Shown piece by piece: positions 39,039-48,660 of a DNA stretch of 64,000 bases (its first letter is position 1; the number at the start of each line of letters is the position of its first letter). This DNA comes from an uncultured Candidatus Saccharibacteria bacterium (GTDB lineage: Bacteria > Patescibacteriota > Minisyncoccia > Phycocordibacterales > UBA6065). The stretch is from positions 84,054 to 148,053 of the forward strand of contig CAZBVG010000001.1 of NCBI GenBank assembly GCA_964495425.1, in the 5' to 3' direction. The notes beneath the pieces are model-generated. The model was given only the letters and a program-made list of their open reading frames with translations, did no database searches and was not told the origin of the DNA. The position numbers and the translations under genes are program-made.

Positions 39039-39227
39039 ATGAAAACTAATAAGTCATTCGCAAAGCGACTCAAAGTAACGAGAAACGGCAAGGTTCTCGT
39101 GCGCCGACCTGGTCAAAACCACTTTAATGCTAAGGAATCTGGTCGATCACAGATCAAAAAGGGTTCTACTATGGAATTCCATATGACCAACAAAGAGAAG
39201 TCTCGCTTCCTTTCTGGACTTAACTAA
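39039..39227 (+). CDS. rpmI: 50S ribosomal protein L35
   Basis: A 62-aa basic protein, MKTNKSFAKRLKVTRNGKV. Confidence 0.85.
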   Translation: MKTNKSFAKRLKVTRNGKVLVRRPGQNHFNAKESGRSQIKKGSTMEFHMTNKEKSRFLSGLN

Positions 39228-39245
39228 CTTTTAATCTAAACCACC

Positions 39246-39590
39246 ATGGCACGAGTAAAAAAAGGCGTAAATGCACTCAAAACACGACGAAATGTCCTCA
39301 AGCAAGTAAAGGGCTATCGTTTCCGACGTTCAACTAACGAACGAGCTGCGTACGAAGCTATCTCACACGCAGGAGCATATGCTTTCGTTCACCGCCGAGA
39401 CAAGAAGGGCGACAAGCGAAGCGAGTTTATCATCAAGATCAACGCCGCTCTCGATGCAAAGGGGCTTTCATACTCAAAGTTCATGGGCTCAATGAAGAAA
39501 AAGAATATTCTCGTTGATCGAAAGATCCTCGCAGATATCGCTCACAACAACCCAGAGACATTTGATCGAATCGTAGCTCAGGTTAAGTAA
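39246..39590 (+). CDS. rplT: 50S ribosomal protein L20
   Basis: 114 aa, MARVKKGVNALKTRR... Confidence 0.9.
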   Translation: MARVKKGVNALKTRRNVLKQVKGYRFRRSTNERAAYEAISHAGAYAFVHRRDKKGDKRSEFIIKINAALDAKGLSYSKFMGSMKKKNILVDRKILADIAHNNPETFDRIVAQVK

Positions 39591-39624
39591 GAAAAACCAC
39601 CGCACTCGCGGTGGTTTTAATTTT
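39591..39624. terminator. Bidirectional intrinsic terminator after rplT
   Basis: AACCACCGC-ACTC-GCGGTGGTT followed by TTAATTTT. Confidence 0.6.
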
Positions 39625-40609
39625 CGTATACCCCTTTCAATATCGTACTTAGGAACTGATCTTTATATTGTGCCATATAGTTAATTGTTCCTTTTTCCAA
39701 GAAATGATCCACCTTGTGATTCCCTATCACATAATGCTCGGTCTCAACCCATGTACTATGAATTATCATCTGATAAAAAATATTAAACCCAGCAATGAGC
39801 GCATTCTTACTTATCGGGTTTAGTGAATTATAGGTACGAAGATAGAGAATTGCTTTGCGTATATTATCTTCAGTAAAAATACCATTGAGAAAAATGAACT
39901 CTGTCGATCTCCACAACTCATGAGCCCGTGGCGCCATTTTTACTTCACCAAAATCAAACACATATTTGATTTTTCCCTTGTCATCAAAAAACAAATTTTG
40001 TTCATGGAAATCGCCATGCACTAATATATGTGGATCTATGTCAAATTCTGCAATCGCCACTTTATCTCTCAAAATAAGCTTCTTCTTTAGTTCAAGCACT
40101 TTCTGAGCAGATATATCGAAGGATGTTTTATGGTGAATCTGGGATATTATATTGAGAAGCTCGTCTATCTTTTTTAATGAATCCTCATCATTCCAGAACT
40201 TAATTTCTGCAGGAATTATCTTTGGATTATCCATTGCTATCCTATGCATCTTAGCCAACAATTTAGCGATCTCAATATTTATTTCATCAGAGACAAATTG
40301 TCGGTTATGATGCACCCCTTCCACAAAGGGAAAAAGAGCATACACCTTTGCTCCAATACTAAAGAGCGTATCCTGACTCACAGTCTTAATCGGTAAAATA
40401 ACCGGAATCCCATGATCAGCAAAAAAACTTTTAACCATATGTATATCCCGATTCCTCTCAATACCTTTTCTGTAGCCTTTCAAAAAATAGACTTTATCTA
40501 AAGTTATTACCTTAAAATTATCACTCAAAAAACCAGCCTGAATACGTTCAATAGAAATAATTGCTTCAATATTAAACTGAATTTTTAGTGAGTTTTTGAT
40601 TTCATCCAT
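39617..40609 (-). CDS. Aminoglycoside phosphotransferase / protein kinase-like family protein
   Basis: 330 aa. The catalytic loop HGDFHEQN (HxDxxxxN) and a downstream DFG-like DFGE. Confidence 0.65.
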   Translation of the reverse strand: MDEIKNSLKIQFNIEAIISIERIQAGFLSDNFKVITLDKVYFLKGYRKGIERNRDIHMVKSFFADHGIPVILPIKTVSQDTLFSIGAKVYALFPFVEGVHHNRQFVSDEINIEIAKLLAKMHRIAMDNPKIIPAEIKFWNDEDSLKKIDELLNIISQIHHKTSFDISAQKVLELKKKLILRDKVAIAEFDIDPHILVHGDFHEQNLFFDDKGKIKYVFDFGEVKMAPRAHELWRSTEFIFLNGIFTEDNIRKAILYLRTYNSLNPISKNALIAGFNIFYQMIIHSTWVETEHYVIGNHKVDHFLEKGTINYMAQYKDQFLSTILKGVYEN

Positions 40610-40611
40610 AC

Positions 40612-41973
40612 CTATAGCTTATATTCCTTCCCTTTCTCCATCACAAGTGCATTCGTACCAACTTCGCTTCGAATGCGCTGAGCAAGATACGCCGCTGATT
40701 TATTTTCTCCCATGGCAATAAAAATCTGCTTGAGCTTCTTTGCATGTGACACGAAATCAACTAGCCCGTTAGAATCCTTATGAGATGAATAACCTGAAAT
40801 TTTTTCTATGTGCGCAGCAACTTTAACTGGCGCACCGTTTACTGTTACTTTTGACGCCCGCTCTTCTATATGACGACCGAGGCTGCCAGGCACCTGATAC
40901 CCAACAAGCAAAATAGTTGCATTCGGGTCCGCTAGATAGAACGCTTCATGACTAAGCACTCGCCCACCCACAGACATGCCAGATCCCGCGATAATGATCT
41001 TTGCACCTGGAATTGAATGAATGCCATTAGATTCATCTGGATTCTTTATAATGCGCAGGCCAGGAAAATCAAAAATATCATCTCCTCCCGCGATCTGACT
41101 CTTTATCTTTTCATTAAAATCTTCTGAATGGCGGCGATACACTTCTGTCACCCGAATAGCGAGCGGTGAATCCAAAAACACCGGCACGCTTTTTATGGCT
41201 TTCGACTCAACAAGTTCGTTTATTTCATACAAGATCACCTGTGTCCTTTCCAAAGAAAAAGCAGGGATAACGACAGTTCCATTTCGATTGATGGCTTCGT
41301 TCAAAATCCACTTCAATCTCTCGTCGCGAATATTTTTCGGCTCGTGATTACGATCGCCATACACCGATTCCATAATCATGTAATCAGCATCAGTGACGAA
41401 TTCTGTATTTTGTAAAAGTGGTGTTGGTGAATTACCTAAATCACCAGTAAATGCAATCTTTTTCTGCACATCCTTGAGCGTCATCTCAATTATTGAAGAA
41501 CCGAGCACATGACCAGCGTCCTTTAGGTAAATTGAAATGTGTTTGGTGAGATCCGTGCGGGTATGGTACGGGATTGTCTTCCAGAGATTAAGAGCCTGCA
41601 CTACATCCGTCTTTTCATAGAGAGGTTCATGTCCAGATTCACGTGCTTCGCGGGTAATAAGACTATACGCATCATCAAGCATGAGCGCCGCCAATTCCTT
41701 TGTTTCAATGGTTGAATAAATTACTCCATTAAATCCCTCTTTTACTAGTTTTGGTATGCGCCCAATATGATCCATATGGGCATGTGTTACAAGAAGAAAC
41801 AAAATCTCTTTTGGATCATACGGAAACGAATCACGGTTTTCTTGCATAGCAAAATTCGATCCCTGTACAAGTCCACAATCAACCAACAGCTTTCCCTCAG
41901 GTGTAGTCAAAAGAAAATTCGCCCCTGTCGCACTGTCCACCCCTCCGCATCCTCGTAATGTGTAAGGACTCAT
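40612..41973 (-). CDS. MBL-fold beta-CASP ribonuclease (RNase J / CPSF-like)
   Basis: 453 aa. HAHMDH (HxHxDH) and beta-CASP motifs. Confidence 0.65.
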   Translation of the reverse strand: MSPYTLRGCGGVDSATGANFLLTTPEGKLLVDCGLVQGSNFAMQENRDSFPYDPKEILFLLVTHAHMDHIGRIPKLVKEGFNGVIYSTIETKELAALMLDDAYSLITREARESGHEPLYEKTDVVQALNLWKTIPYHTRTDLTKHISIYLKDAGHVLGSSIIEMTLKDVQKKIAFTGDLGNSPTPLLQNTEFVTDADYMIMESVYGDRNHEPKNIRDERLKWILNEAINRNGTVVIPAFSLERTQVILYEINELVESKAIKSVPVFLDSPLAIRVTEVYRRHSEDFNEKIKSQIAGGDDIFDFPGLRIIKNPDESNGIHSIPGAKIIIAGSGMSVGGRVLSHEAFYLADPNATILLVGYQVPGSLGRHIEERASKVTVNGAPVKVAAHIEKISGYSSHKDSNGLVDFVSHAKKLKQIFIAMGENKSAAYLAQRIRSEVGTNALVMEKGKEYKL

Positions 41974-42368
41974 CTGAGTTTATTCTTTATATCTTTCTTA
42001 TATACAAGAATACCAAATATTGCACCAAGTGTATCCATCACCAAATCTAGTTTTGTATCAAACCAATATCCAACATCAGAAAAACTGGTGAATTTAAAAA
42101 ATATTTCATGCCATTCCCACACAACTCCAACAACGAGTACTGCAACCAACAGACTTATTACCGAAACATATTTTTTCAACCTGTAAGCATACTGTGTAGA
42201 AACTACCCAAAGTATAAAAAGCAGCGTCCACAAACCACCAAGAAAATGCATTACAATGTCATACCAATCAATAGACCAATACAAACCCTCGAGCGAGGCA
42301 ATCCAATGTAGTCCAACAACGAGAAGCATTACAAGTATTGAGGGTTTAAAGTATTTGTTCCAAAACAT
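41970..42368 (-). CDS. Small integral membrane protein
   Basis: 132 aa with four predicted TM helices and no motifs. Confidence 0.4.
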   Translation of the reverse strand: MFWNKYFKPSILVMLLVVGLHWIASLEGLYWSIDWYDIVMHFLGGLWTLLFILWVVSTQYAYRLKKYVSVISLLVAVLVVGVVWEWHEIFFKFTSFSDVGYWFDTKLDLVMDTLGAIFGILVYKKDIKNKLR

Positions 42369-42853
42369 GGCCTCAAGTATAGCATTCTTTATATTCCTAA
42401 ACGCAAAATCCGATCACGTTTGTGATCGGATTCTCCGGGGGTCATTCAAAATTTTGTCCCTAGTGTAAACTAGGTGGGTGATCTCAGTGGATGGCCAAGG
42501 CCAACAACTATATGATCTCCCTAAAAAAATGTTATAGAGTTAAAATTTCGAATAACCCTACAACTATTATAGACCTCTCCTTCTGAGCCGCAATCCCCTT
42601 TCATAAATGCGAAACGAAAAAATGCAACGGTAAATGAATACGATCTGATTCCAAAAAAGTTCTTTTACTCTACATGTGTTTCTTGATATTTGACGAGACC
42701 TTGCTGCCTGCTAGTATTATCCATGTTGCTCTTTCTAAACCTCTACAGCTGCGGTTCTTGAGAGAGCTTTCAATACACACAAGCCACACATGAAAAAGTG
42801 CCCGCCGATCCGTACCGTCGCGACGGCATCATAATCGAGATCCATTAGTTGCA

Positions 42854-42886
42854 GCCGCAAACCCCGTTGGGGTTTGCGGCTTTCTT
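42854..42886 (+). terminator. Strong intrinsic terminator-like hairpin in a long non-coding gap
   Basis: GCCGCAAACCCC-GTT-GGGGTTTGCGGC followed by TTTCTT. Confidence 0.5.
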
Positions 42887-43029
42887 GTACACTCCACAAA
42901 GTGTCAGTTTTTATCGAAAATTCCCTCGAGGAAACATTGACAAGTCGATATTCGTATGTAGTATCAGAGACAGAAGATCCTCGTAATCCGCGTAGATCAA
43001 GCGTTTTCAACCCAACCACTCAGATATTC

Positions 43030-43920
43030 ATGAAAACATTCAGAATCCTCGGGCTTGTAACTGCCCTTTTCGTGCTCTCGCTCCCCGTGCACAGTGCACA
43101 GATGCTTCGAAATCTTTCCTTCAGGTCAACCATCGCCACCGGCGATAATGCTCCGACGGCAGGTTTTGTCATCAAGGCATTGCCCGGCACCCGTTTCGGA
43201 GCAAAGAAGACTCTGCTTATTCGGGCGGTGGGGCCATCGCTTGGACAGGCTCCCTTTAACGTGCAGAATGCAGCGACCAATCCGCGCTTGGAACTGTACA
43301 CCGGTTCCAAGCTGGTTGTCGCAAACGAAGGCTGGGACAGCAGTGCGCAATCCCAACTTGCTGCGCGTAACGTGGGGGCATTTCCCCTCCTCTTGAATAG
43401 CAAGGATGCTGTCATCTTTGTTGATCTGGAAGAAGGTGCTCACACGGCTCGTGTTACCGGCACGGGAAACGGCATCGTCCTCATTGAGGTCTATGACGTT
43501 TCTGGCGACACTGACAATATTGAAATTCTCAATATGTCTGCTCGAGCCTTTGTCACCGGCAACGGAGCACAGGCTGGAACAATTGGACTTGTTGTCGATG
43601 GCACTGGTCCGCGCCAGATTCTCGCACGAGTTTCTGGTCCGGAACTTTCTGCCTTCGGCATTACTAACGGCCTTCCTGATCCTGGACTCACCGTTTTCAA
43701 TGCCCAGGGCACAGTTGTTGGAAGCAATAGTGACTGGGGAAATTCCTCGGGATTAAACGCAAGTTCATTTGCTCAAGTCGGCGCATTCCCATGGCCGGCA
43801 AACAGCAAAGGAGCTGCAATTATTTTCCCCACTACCGGCACCGGGACTGTTAGTTACACGATTCGAGGTGGACAAGATAACGCCTCGGGAGTTGTCGTCA
43901 TTGAGATGTATCGACTCTGA
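43030..43920 (+). CDS. Secreted protein with an internally duplicated roughly 140-aa domain
   Basis: The start is taken at the MKTFRILGLVTALFVLSLPVHSA signal peptide. Two tandem homologous halves carry the motifs LLIRAVGPSL, VGAFPL and GIVLIEVY in the first half and VGAFPW and VVVIEMY in the second. The region is GC-rich, around 55%. Confidence 0.55.
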   Translation: MKTFRILGLVTALFVLSLPVHSAQMLRNLSFRSTIATGDNAPTAGFVIKALPGTRFGAKKTLLIRAVGPSLGQAPFNVQNAATNPRLELYTGSKLVVANEGWDSSAQSQLAARNVGAFPLLLNSKDAVIFVDLEEGAHTARVTGTGNGIVLIEVYDVSGDTDNIEILNMSARAFVTGNGAQAGTIGLVVDGTGPRQILARVSGPELSAFGITNGLPDPGLTVFNAQGTVVGSNSDWGNSSGLNASSFAQVGAFPWPANSKGAAIIFPTTGTGTVSYTIRGGQDNASGVVVIEMYRL

Positions 43921-43944
43921 TCATCAGTTCTTTCAGATAAACAC

Positions 43945-43974
43945 AAAGCCACGCTTCACTGCGTGGCTTTTTTC
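43945..43974 (+). terminator. Intrinsic terminator
   Basis: AAAGCCACGC-TTCACT-GCGTGGCTTTTTTC. Confidence 0.6.
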
Positions 43975-44056
43975 TGTGTATAAGTCTGGGGATAAGGTGT
44001 TAAGAAACGTGGGATAGAGTGTGGATGATGCGGGGAAAAATCAATATTTCAGTGGA

Positions 44057-44698
44057 TTACTCCCTGTTGCCATCCATATTTACATCATAGAGTATCTTTT
44101 CCTGGACATGCGAATAATTCATAAGCTCATCTTTCTTAAACCAAAAAGCAATTTCCTTATTCGCTTCATCAACTGATCCCGAAGCATGAATCAGATTTCT
44201 TACAGAACGATCATCATTATTACTCATTGAGTATGAATCGAGCATAAAATCACCACGAATAGTTCCAACATCGGACGAAAGTGGCTCTGTAGAACCAACT
44301 AACTTTCGAACAATCGGCACTGCGTGCGCGCCCTCCAAAACCACAGCGATAACCGGACCACTCGTCATATATCGCTTGAGTTTCCTTAATATGTCTTGAG
44401 ACACTTTCACTGGATCATCACTCACAGGATGTTTGAGCCCCTTATCTGCATATGACTTGATAGTTTTTGCGCCGGTGATTTTAAACCATTCAGGATCAAT
44501 CGTGTAATGCTTTTCAATATGCTCAGCGGTTGGTGTAAGCATTTTCATGGCCGTAATTTTAAGACCGATGCGTTCAAAACGCGACAGCATCTCTCCCACG
44601 AGCGATCTCTGTATTCCGTCAGGCTTTATGATAATCAACGTTCTCTCATCTTTTGGATGTGGCATCGAATTAAAATTAGCTTTTAAATCTTCACCCAC
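44057..44698 (-). CDS. ndk: Nucleoside diphosphate kinase (long form)
   Basis: 213 aa. ERTLIIIKPDG and NLIHASGSVDEA (NxxHxSD) motifs. Insertions make it longer than the canonical roughly 140 aa. Confidence 0.7.
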   Translation of the reverse strand: MGEDLKANFNSMPHPKDERTLIIIKPDGIQRSLVGEMLSRFERIGLKITAMKMLTPTAEHIEKHYTIDPEWFKITGAKTIKSYADKGLKHPVSDDPVKVSQDILRKLKRYMTSGPVIAVVLEGAHAVPIVRKLVGSTEPLSSDVGTIRGDFMLDSYSMSNNDDRSVRNLIHASGSVDEANKEIAFWFKKDELMNYSHVQEKILYDVNMDGNRE

Positions 44699-44722
44699 AT
44701 TGTACTCGCACGAAAAGGTTTT

Positions 44723-45496
44723 TTAAAGTTTTGTGAGCACTTCACAACCTTTTTCTGTAATCACAATCGTTACCTCGAAGTGCGCACTACGCATTCCATC
44801 TTTTGTTCGGTATGTATAGCCATCCTTATCAAGAACAATTTTTGCTGTACCTTCATTTATGATTGGTTCAAGTGCGAGCACCATTCCCGGCAATAAATCG
44901 TCGCCTTCCCCACCTTTTCCATAGTTTGGAACATACGGATCTTCATGAACCTTGTACCCTACTCCATGTCCTGCCAGTTCCTCTACAATCCCGTATCCAA
45001 GGGGTGAAATGAAGCTTTCTACCGCTTCTCCTATATGACCCGTCGTATTGCCTGGTTTTGCAGCTTTTAAGGCCATATTAAGGGCTTTTTGGGTCGATTC
45101 CATAAGCTTTTTTGCCTCAGAATCTACCTTTCCGACAGGTACCGTAATTGCCATATCTGTAATGAGACCCTTATGAACAAGACCAACATCAAGAGTAACG
45201 ATATCGCCCTCCTTGAGCACATAAGGATGTTCGTTTGGAATGCCGTGAACAACTGCATCATTCACAGATACACAGATTGATGCGGGAAACGGTCTCTTTG
45301 CACCATACGGTTTGTAATCAAGAAAAGCAGATGTATCACCACCCTCAGCAATGAGATATGCGGCATAGTCATCGAGTTCTTTTGTTGAAACACCCGGGGC
45401 AACTTTCTTTGCTACCTCATGCAAGATAAAAGCATGGCGTTTTCCGCCTTCTCGTAGTATCTCTATTTCTTCTGCTGACTTAAGTCTAATAGCCAT
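44723..45496 (-). CDS. map: Type I methionine aminopeptidase
   Basis: 257 aa with pita-bread fold metal ligands. It follows adk as in the spc operon tail. Confidence 0.85.
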   Translation of the reverse strand: MAIRLKSAEEIEILREGGKRHAFILHEVAKKVAPGVSTKELDDYAAYLIAEGGDTSAFLDYKPYGAKRPFPASICVSVNDAVVHGIPNEHPYVLKEGDIVTLDVGLVHKGLITDMAITVPVGKVDSEAKKLMESTQKALNMALKAAKPGNTTGHIGEAVESFISPLGYGIVEELAGHGVGYKVHEDPYVPNYGKGGEGDDLLPGMVLALEPIINEGTAKIVLDKDGYTYRTKDGMRSAHFEVTIVITEKGCEVLTKL

Positions 45497-45543
45497 GGCT
45501 ATAGACTACCTTTTTGAGAGAATTTTGCCAGTTTTGAGTAAAT

Positions 45544-46140
45544 CTAAATCCCAAGTGCCTTGAGAATGTCTTTATGTACATTTTCAATTGTCTGATGGCC
45601 ATTTATGTGCAAATACGTACAATGTTTGCTCTTTTTAAAGTAATTGACTGAGGGCATCACATCACTATCGAACCATTTAAGTCGCTCAATGATTTTTTCG
45701 TGCTTGTCATCATGTCTTCCACGCTTTATAAGACGAGTTGTCACTTCTTCATGGGGAACATCGAGCAACACAACCGCGACCTTTTCCCTACCATAGAACT
45801 GAAGAGCCTGATCAAGAATCGGTGCTTCATCGGCACGGCGCGCAACACCATCAAATATCATGTGTTCCTTTCCGGTTTTAACCCCATCTATCAAAATAGA
45901 TGACCATGCCCAGATTGGAATTGATGCTGGCATAAGTCCCCCTTTACTCATTACCTCTTTAGTCATAAGAGCAGTATGGGATGTACTATCCTTTGTGAAA
46001 GCACGAAGCTTATCGCCCGTTTCTACATATACAACTTTATTCTGAGGATCATGTGCATTTAAATATTTAATGAGAAGGTCTGCCTGAGTTCCCTTACCCG
46101 ATCCTGACTTCCCGAAAAATATACATGTGGTTTGTTTCAT
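45544..46140 (-). CDS. adk: Adenylate kinase
   Basis: 198 aa. The P-loop GKSGSGKGTQ and the LID/NMP layout. Confidence 0.75.
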   Translation of the reverse strand: MKQTTCIFFGKSGSGKGTQADLLIKYLNAHDPQNKVVYVETGDKLRAFTKDSTSHTALMTKEVMSKGGLMPASIPIWAWSSILIDGVKTGKEHMIFDGVARRADEAPILDQALQFYGREKVAVVLLDVPHEEVTTRLIKRGRHDDKHEKIIERLKWFDSDVMPSVNYFKKSKHCTYLHINGHQTIENVHKDILKALGI

Positions 46141-46183
46141 GAACTGATTTTAGCGCAAAAGTATAGAAAATAAAAAACCAGGT

Positions 46184-46564
46184 CTACGACCTGGTTTGTT
46201 GTGAAGTGGGTGTCTCCATTATCACCCGCTCTACTTTACGCCATGGATTAGCGGCATCACGAAATCGATCAATAATTCGATCAATTACCTTGTTATCCGC
46301 TGCATCCCTTTCTCTATAGCCGGCCGCTCGCAGGAGCGCTGTTGGATTAGACGTCCTGTGCGTATCAAAAAGAAACACTTCAAATTCTCGCGTCTTCCCT
46401 TCTACTTCGATGCGAATATATACTTTTGTACGAGCGTGATCAATTTTCTTTTGATCCCGATCTGAGAGAGTATATGTTACCGGCTCTGCGGACAATGCGG
46501 ACAGAGCCAGTACAGTGCCCAAGATGCTGAAAGTAAGGGCGACCAGAAGTGTGCATTTTTTCAT
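46184..46564 (-). CDS. Small secreted hypothetical protein inserted between secY and adk
   Basis: The start is taken at the MKKCTLLVALTFSILGTVLALSALSA signal peptide, giving a mature part of about 100 aa with no motifs. Confidence 0.4.
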   Translation of the reverse strand: MKKCTLLVALTFSILGTVLALSALSAEPVTYTLSDRDQKKIDHARTKVYIRIEVEGKTREFEVFLFDTHRTSNPTALLRAAGYRERDAADNKVIDRIIDRFRDAANPWRKVERVIMETPTSQQTRS

Positions 46565-46878
46565 GATGTGGGAGCTTTCGGGGTATTTTGAGATTAACAG
46601 GCGGCTTACTGCCACCCAAGATAAAAGCATCAATGAGGTCGGAATAGTTGCGCCTTTTGCAAAACTGCAAAAGTGCAATATTCATATCGAAAACCTTTTT
46701 GTTAGTTGGTCTACGAGCTTTACCTAACGCCTGGCGAAACGCTCCAACCCGATCAGCAAGTTGAGCGGTGCAACACCGTTCCCTTTGTAGAAGTATCGAA
46801 ATGAGTTGAGATCGTGTGAGTCTCATGGTTGTAAGGGTCGAGTCTGAAGTTAATTCTCCATGGTTGTCACTCAAAGTC

Positions 46879-46914
46879 AAAGGCCCGGATCGCGTACGCG
46901 ATCCGGGCCTTTTC
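46879..46914. terminator. Bidirectional GC-rich hairpin terminator downstream of secY
   Basis: GGCCCGGATCGCG-TAC-GCGATCCGGGCC with flanking T-runs. Confidence 0.6.
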
Positions 46915-46922
46915 CCTAGAGA

Positions 46923-48194
46923 TTAGTACTCTCGCATTGAAACCTGAGCATCAAGCTTCTTTACAATATCGAGCACCACAGAAACTGCAATGAGAAGTCC
47001 TGTTCCACCAACCGCAAGAGTTGTGAGACCAGACGCCGATCGCAAAATAAGTGGCAATACCGCAATGATACCGAGAAAGAGTGCGCCTACAAGAGTGATT
47101 CGAGTTACGATCTTCGAGAGATGTTCCGCCGTTGACTGACCAGGTCGAACACCAGGAATAAACGCTCCTGACTTCTGAAGATTCTCAGAAATCATCATTG
47201 GATCAAACGTAACTGCTGTGTAGAAGTACGTGAAGACAAATACAAGGAGGAAATATCCAATATTGTAAAGCAAATGATTGTTCAATATTGAAGTACCAAC
47301 CTGAGAAATATGAAGAAGTGTTGCGTTCGTAGAAGTCGAGAGGAAATTAAAGATCATCTGCGGAAAAAGAAGGATTGAAAGCGCAAAGATGATTGGAATA
47401 ACGCCTGCCTGATTAAGACGAAGTGGAAGATATGTTGAAACACCACCATATACCTTCATACCTCGAACTTGCTTGGCATACGTAACTGGAATTGGTCTTT
47501 CTGCCTCGGTGATAACAACAACGGCATAAATAACCACAAGAGCAAGAGCAACGATACCAATATAGATTGGAAGCTGGCTTGGATCATATGCAGCGATTGC
47601 ACCCGAAAGCGCTTGCGGCATGCTTGCAACGATACCCGCAAAAATAATAAGTGATGTTCCGTTACCCAAACCGAATTCAGTAATAAGTTCACCAATCCAC
47701 ATAAGGAGAAGTGAGCCGCCGGTAATTACGAGTACATTGAGAAGAAGTCCAAAGGTATCAAGTTCTGGCAAGATTCCCTGTCGCTGGAAAATAACGATAA
47801 AGCTGAATGCCTGAATGAGGGCAAGCGGGAGTGCGAGTCGTCGTGAGTACTGCGCAAACTTTACTCGTCCCGCCTCACCTTCTTCCTGGTACATCGCCTT
47901 AAGCTTTGGCGACATAATCGTCAAAAGCTGCATGATGATAGATGCAGTAATATATGGACCAACACCAAGCATCACAATTGAGAGCTTTGAAAGTCCACCT
48001 CCAGAAAAAAGGTTAAGGAGACCGAAAAACTGATTGTCGCTGAAAAGCCTTGCTAGCTGTACGGTATCAATACCTGGAATTGGAATAACAGTAAGAAGTC
48101 TGAACGCAATGAGCGCAAGAACAACAAACAAGATGCGTTTGCGAAGGCTCTTATCTCGGAATATGTGAGAGAGTTTGCTTATGAATGCGTTCAT
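46923..48194 (-). CDS. secY: Preprotein translocase subunit SecY
   Basis: 423 aa with 10 TM helices, in the conserved SecY position after rplO. Confidence 0.9.
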   Translation of the reverse strand: MNAFISKLSHIFRDKSLRKRILFVVLALIAFRLLTVIPIPGIDTVQLARLFSDNQFFGLLNLFSGGGLSKLSIVMLGVGPYITASIIMQLLTIMSPKLKAMYQEEGEAGRVKFAQYSRRLALPLALIQAFSFIVIFQRQGILPELDTFGLLLNVLVITGGSLLLMWIGELITEFGLGNGTSLIIFAGIVASMPQALSGAIAAYDPSQLPIYIGIVALALVVIYAVVVITEAERPIPVTYAKQVRGMKVYGGVSTYLPLRLNQAGVIPIIFALSILLFPQMIFNFLSTSTNATLLHISQVGTSILNNHLLYNIGYFLLVFVFTYFYTAVTFDPMMISENLQKSGAFIPGVRPGQSTAEHLSKIVTRITLVGALFLGIIAVLPLILRSASGLTTLAVGGTGLLIAVSVVLDIVKKLDAQVSMREY

Positions 48195-48214
48195 GGTGTT
48201 TTAAATTGTAACGT

Positions 48215-48649
48215 TTAAGCGTGCACTGTACCACCTGCCTTTTCAATTGCTTCCTTTGCGCTAGCTGAGATTTCACAACCAGAAACAGTGAGTTTCTTGG
48301 TAATCTCGCCGCCTGAGAGAATCTTGATTCGTGGGAAATTTCCTTCGGTTCGTTCAACAACACCCTTTGCTACAAGAGTTGCAGGCTCTACTCGCTCGCC
48401 CGCCTTGAATGCCTTCTCAATTGATGAGAGGGCAACCGGAACTGCTTTTGGAGCAAATGACTTGAATGCGTAACCGCGAAGCTTTGGCATTCGCTTAATG
48501 AAATCTCGAATTTCTGGGCGCTTCTTTCGTCCAGCTCGAGCATTTTGACCCTTGGTACCTCGACCAGAAGTCTTGCCACGCTTTCCACCGCGACCAATTG
48601 ATCGTCGCTTGTAGTTAGGGCTCTTTCGTTTGAGTTCGTTAATCTTCAT
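48215..48649 (-). CDS. rplO: 50S ribosomal protein L15
   Basis: 144 aa, Gly/Arg-rich N-terminus. Confidence 0.85.
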   Translation of the reverse strand: MKINELKRKSPNYKRRSIGRGGKRGKTSGRGTKGQNARAGRKKRPEIRDFIKRMPKLRGYAFKSFAPKAVPVALSSIEKAFKAGERVEPATLVAKGVVERTEGNFPRIKILSGGEITKKLTVSGCEISASAKEAIEKAGGTVHA

Positions 48650-48660
48650 AAATATGGATG

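Noticed and set aside
42735-43019. 94-aa minus-strand ORF in the long intergenic gap
   Set aside because: It overlaps the terminator hairpin and the signal-peptide region of the downstream plus-strand gene. It has no start context or motif. It is more likely non-coding.
46440-46880. 146-aa ORF overlapping 46184..46678 in another frame
   Set aside because: It spans the strong secY terminator hairpin. The alternative frame with a signal peptide (46184..46564) is more plausible.
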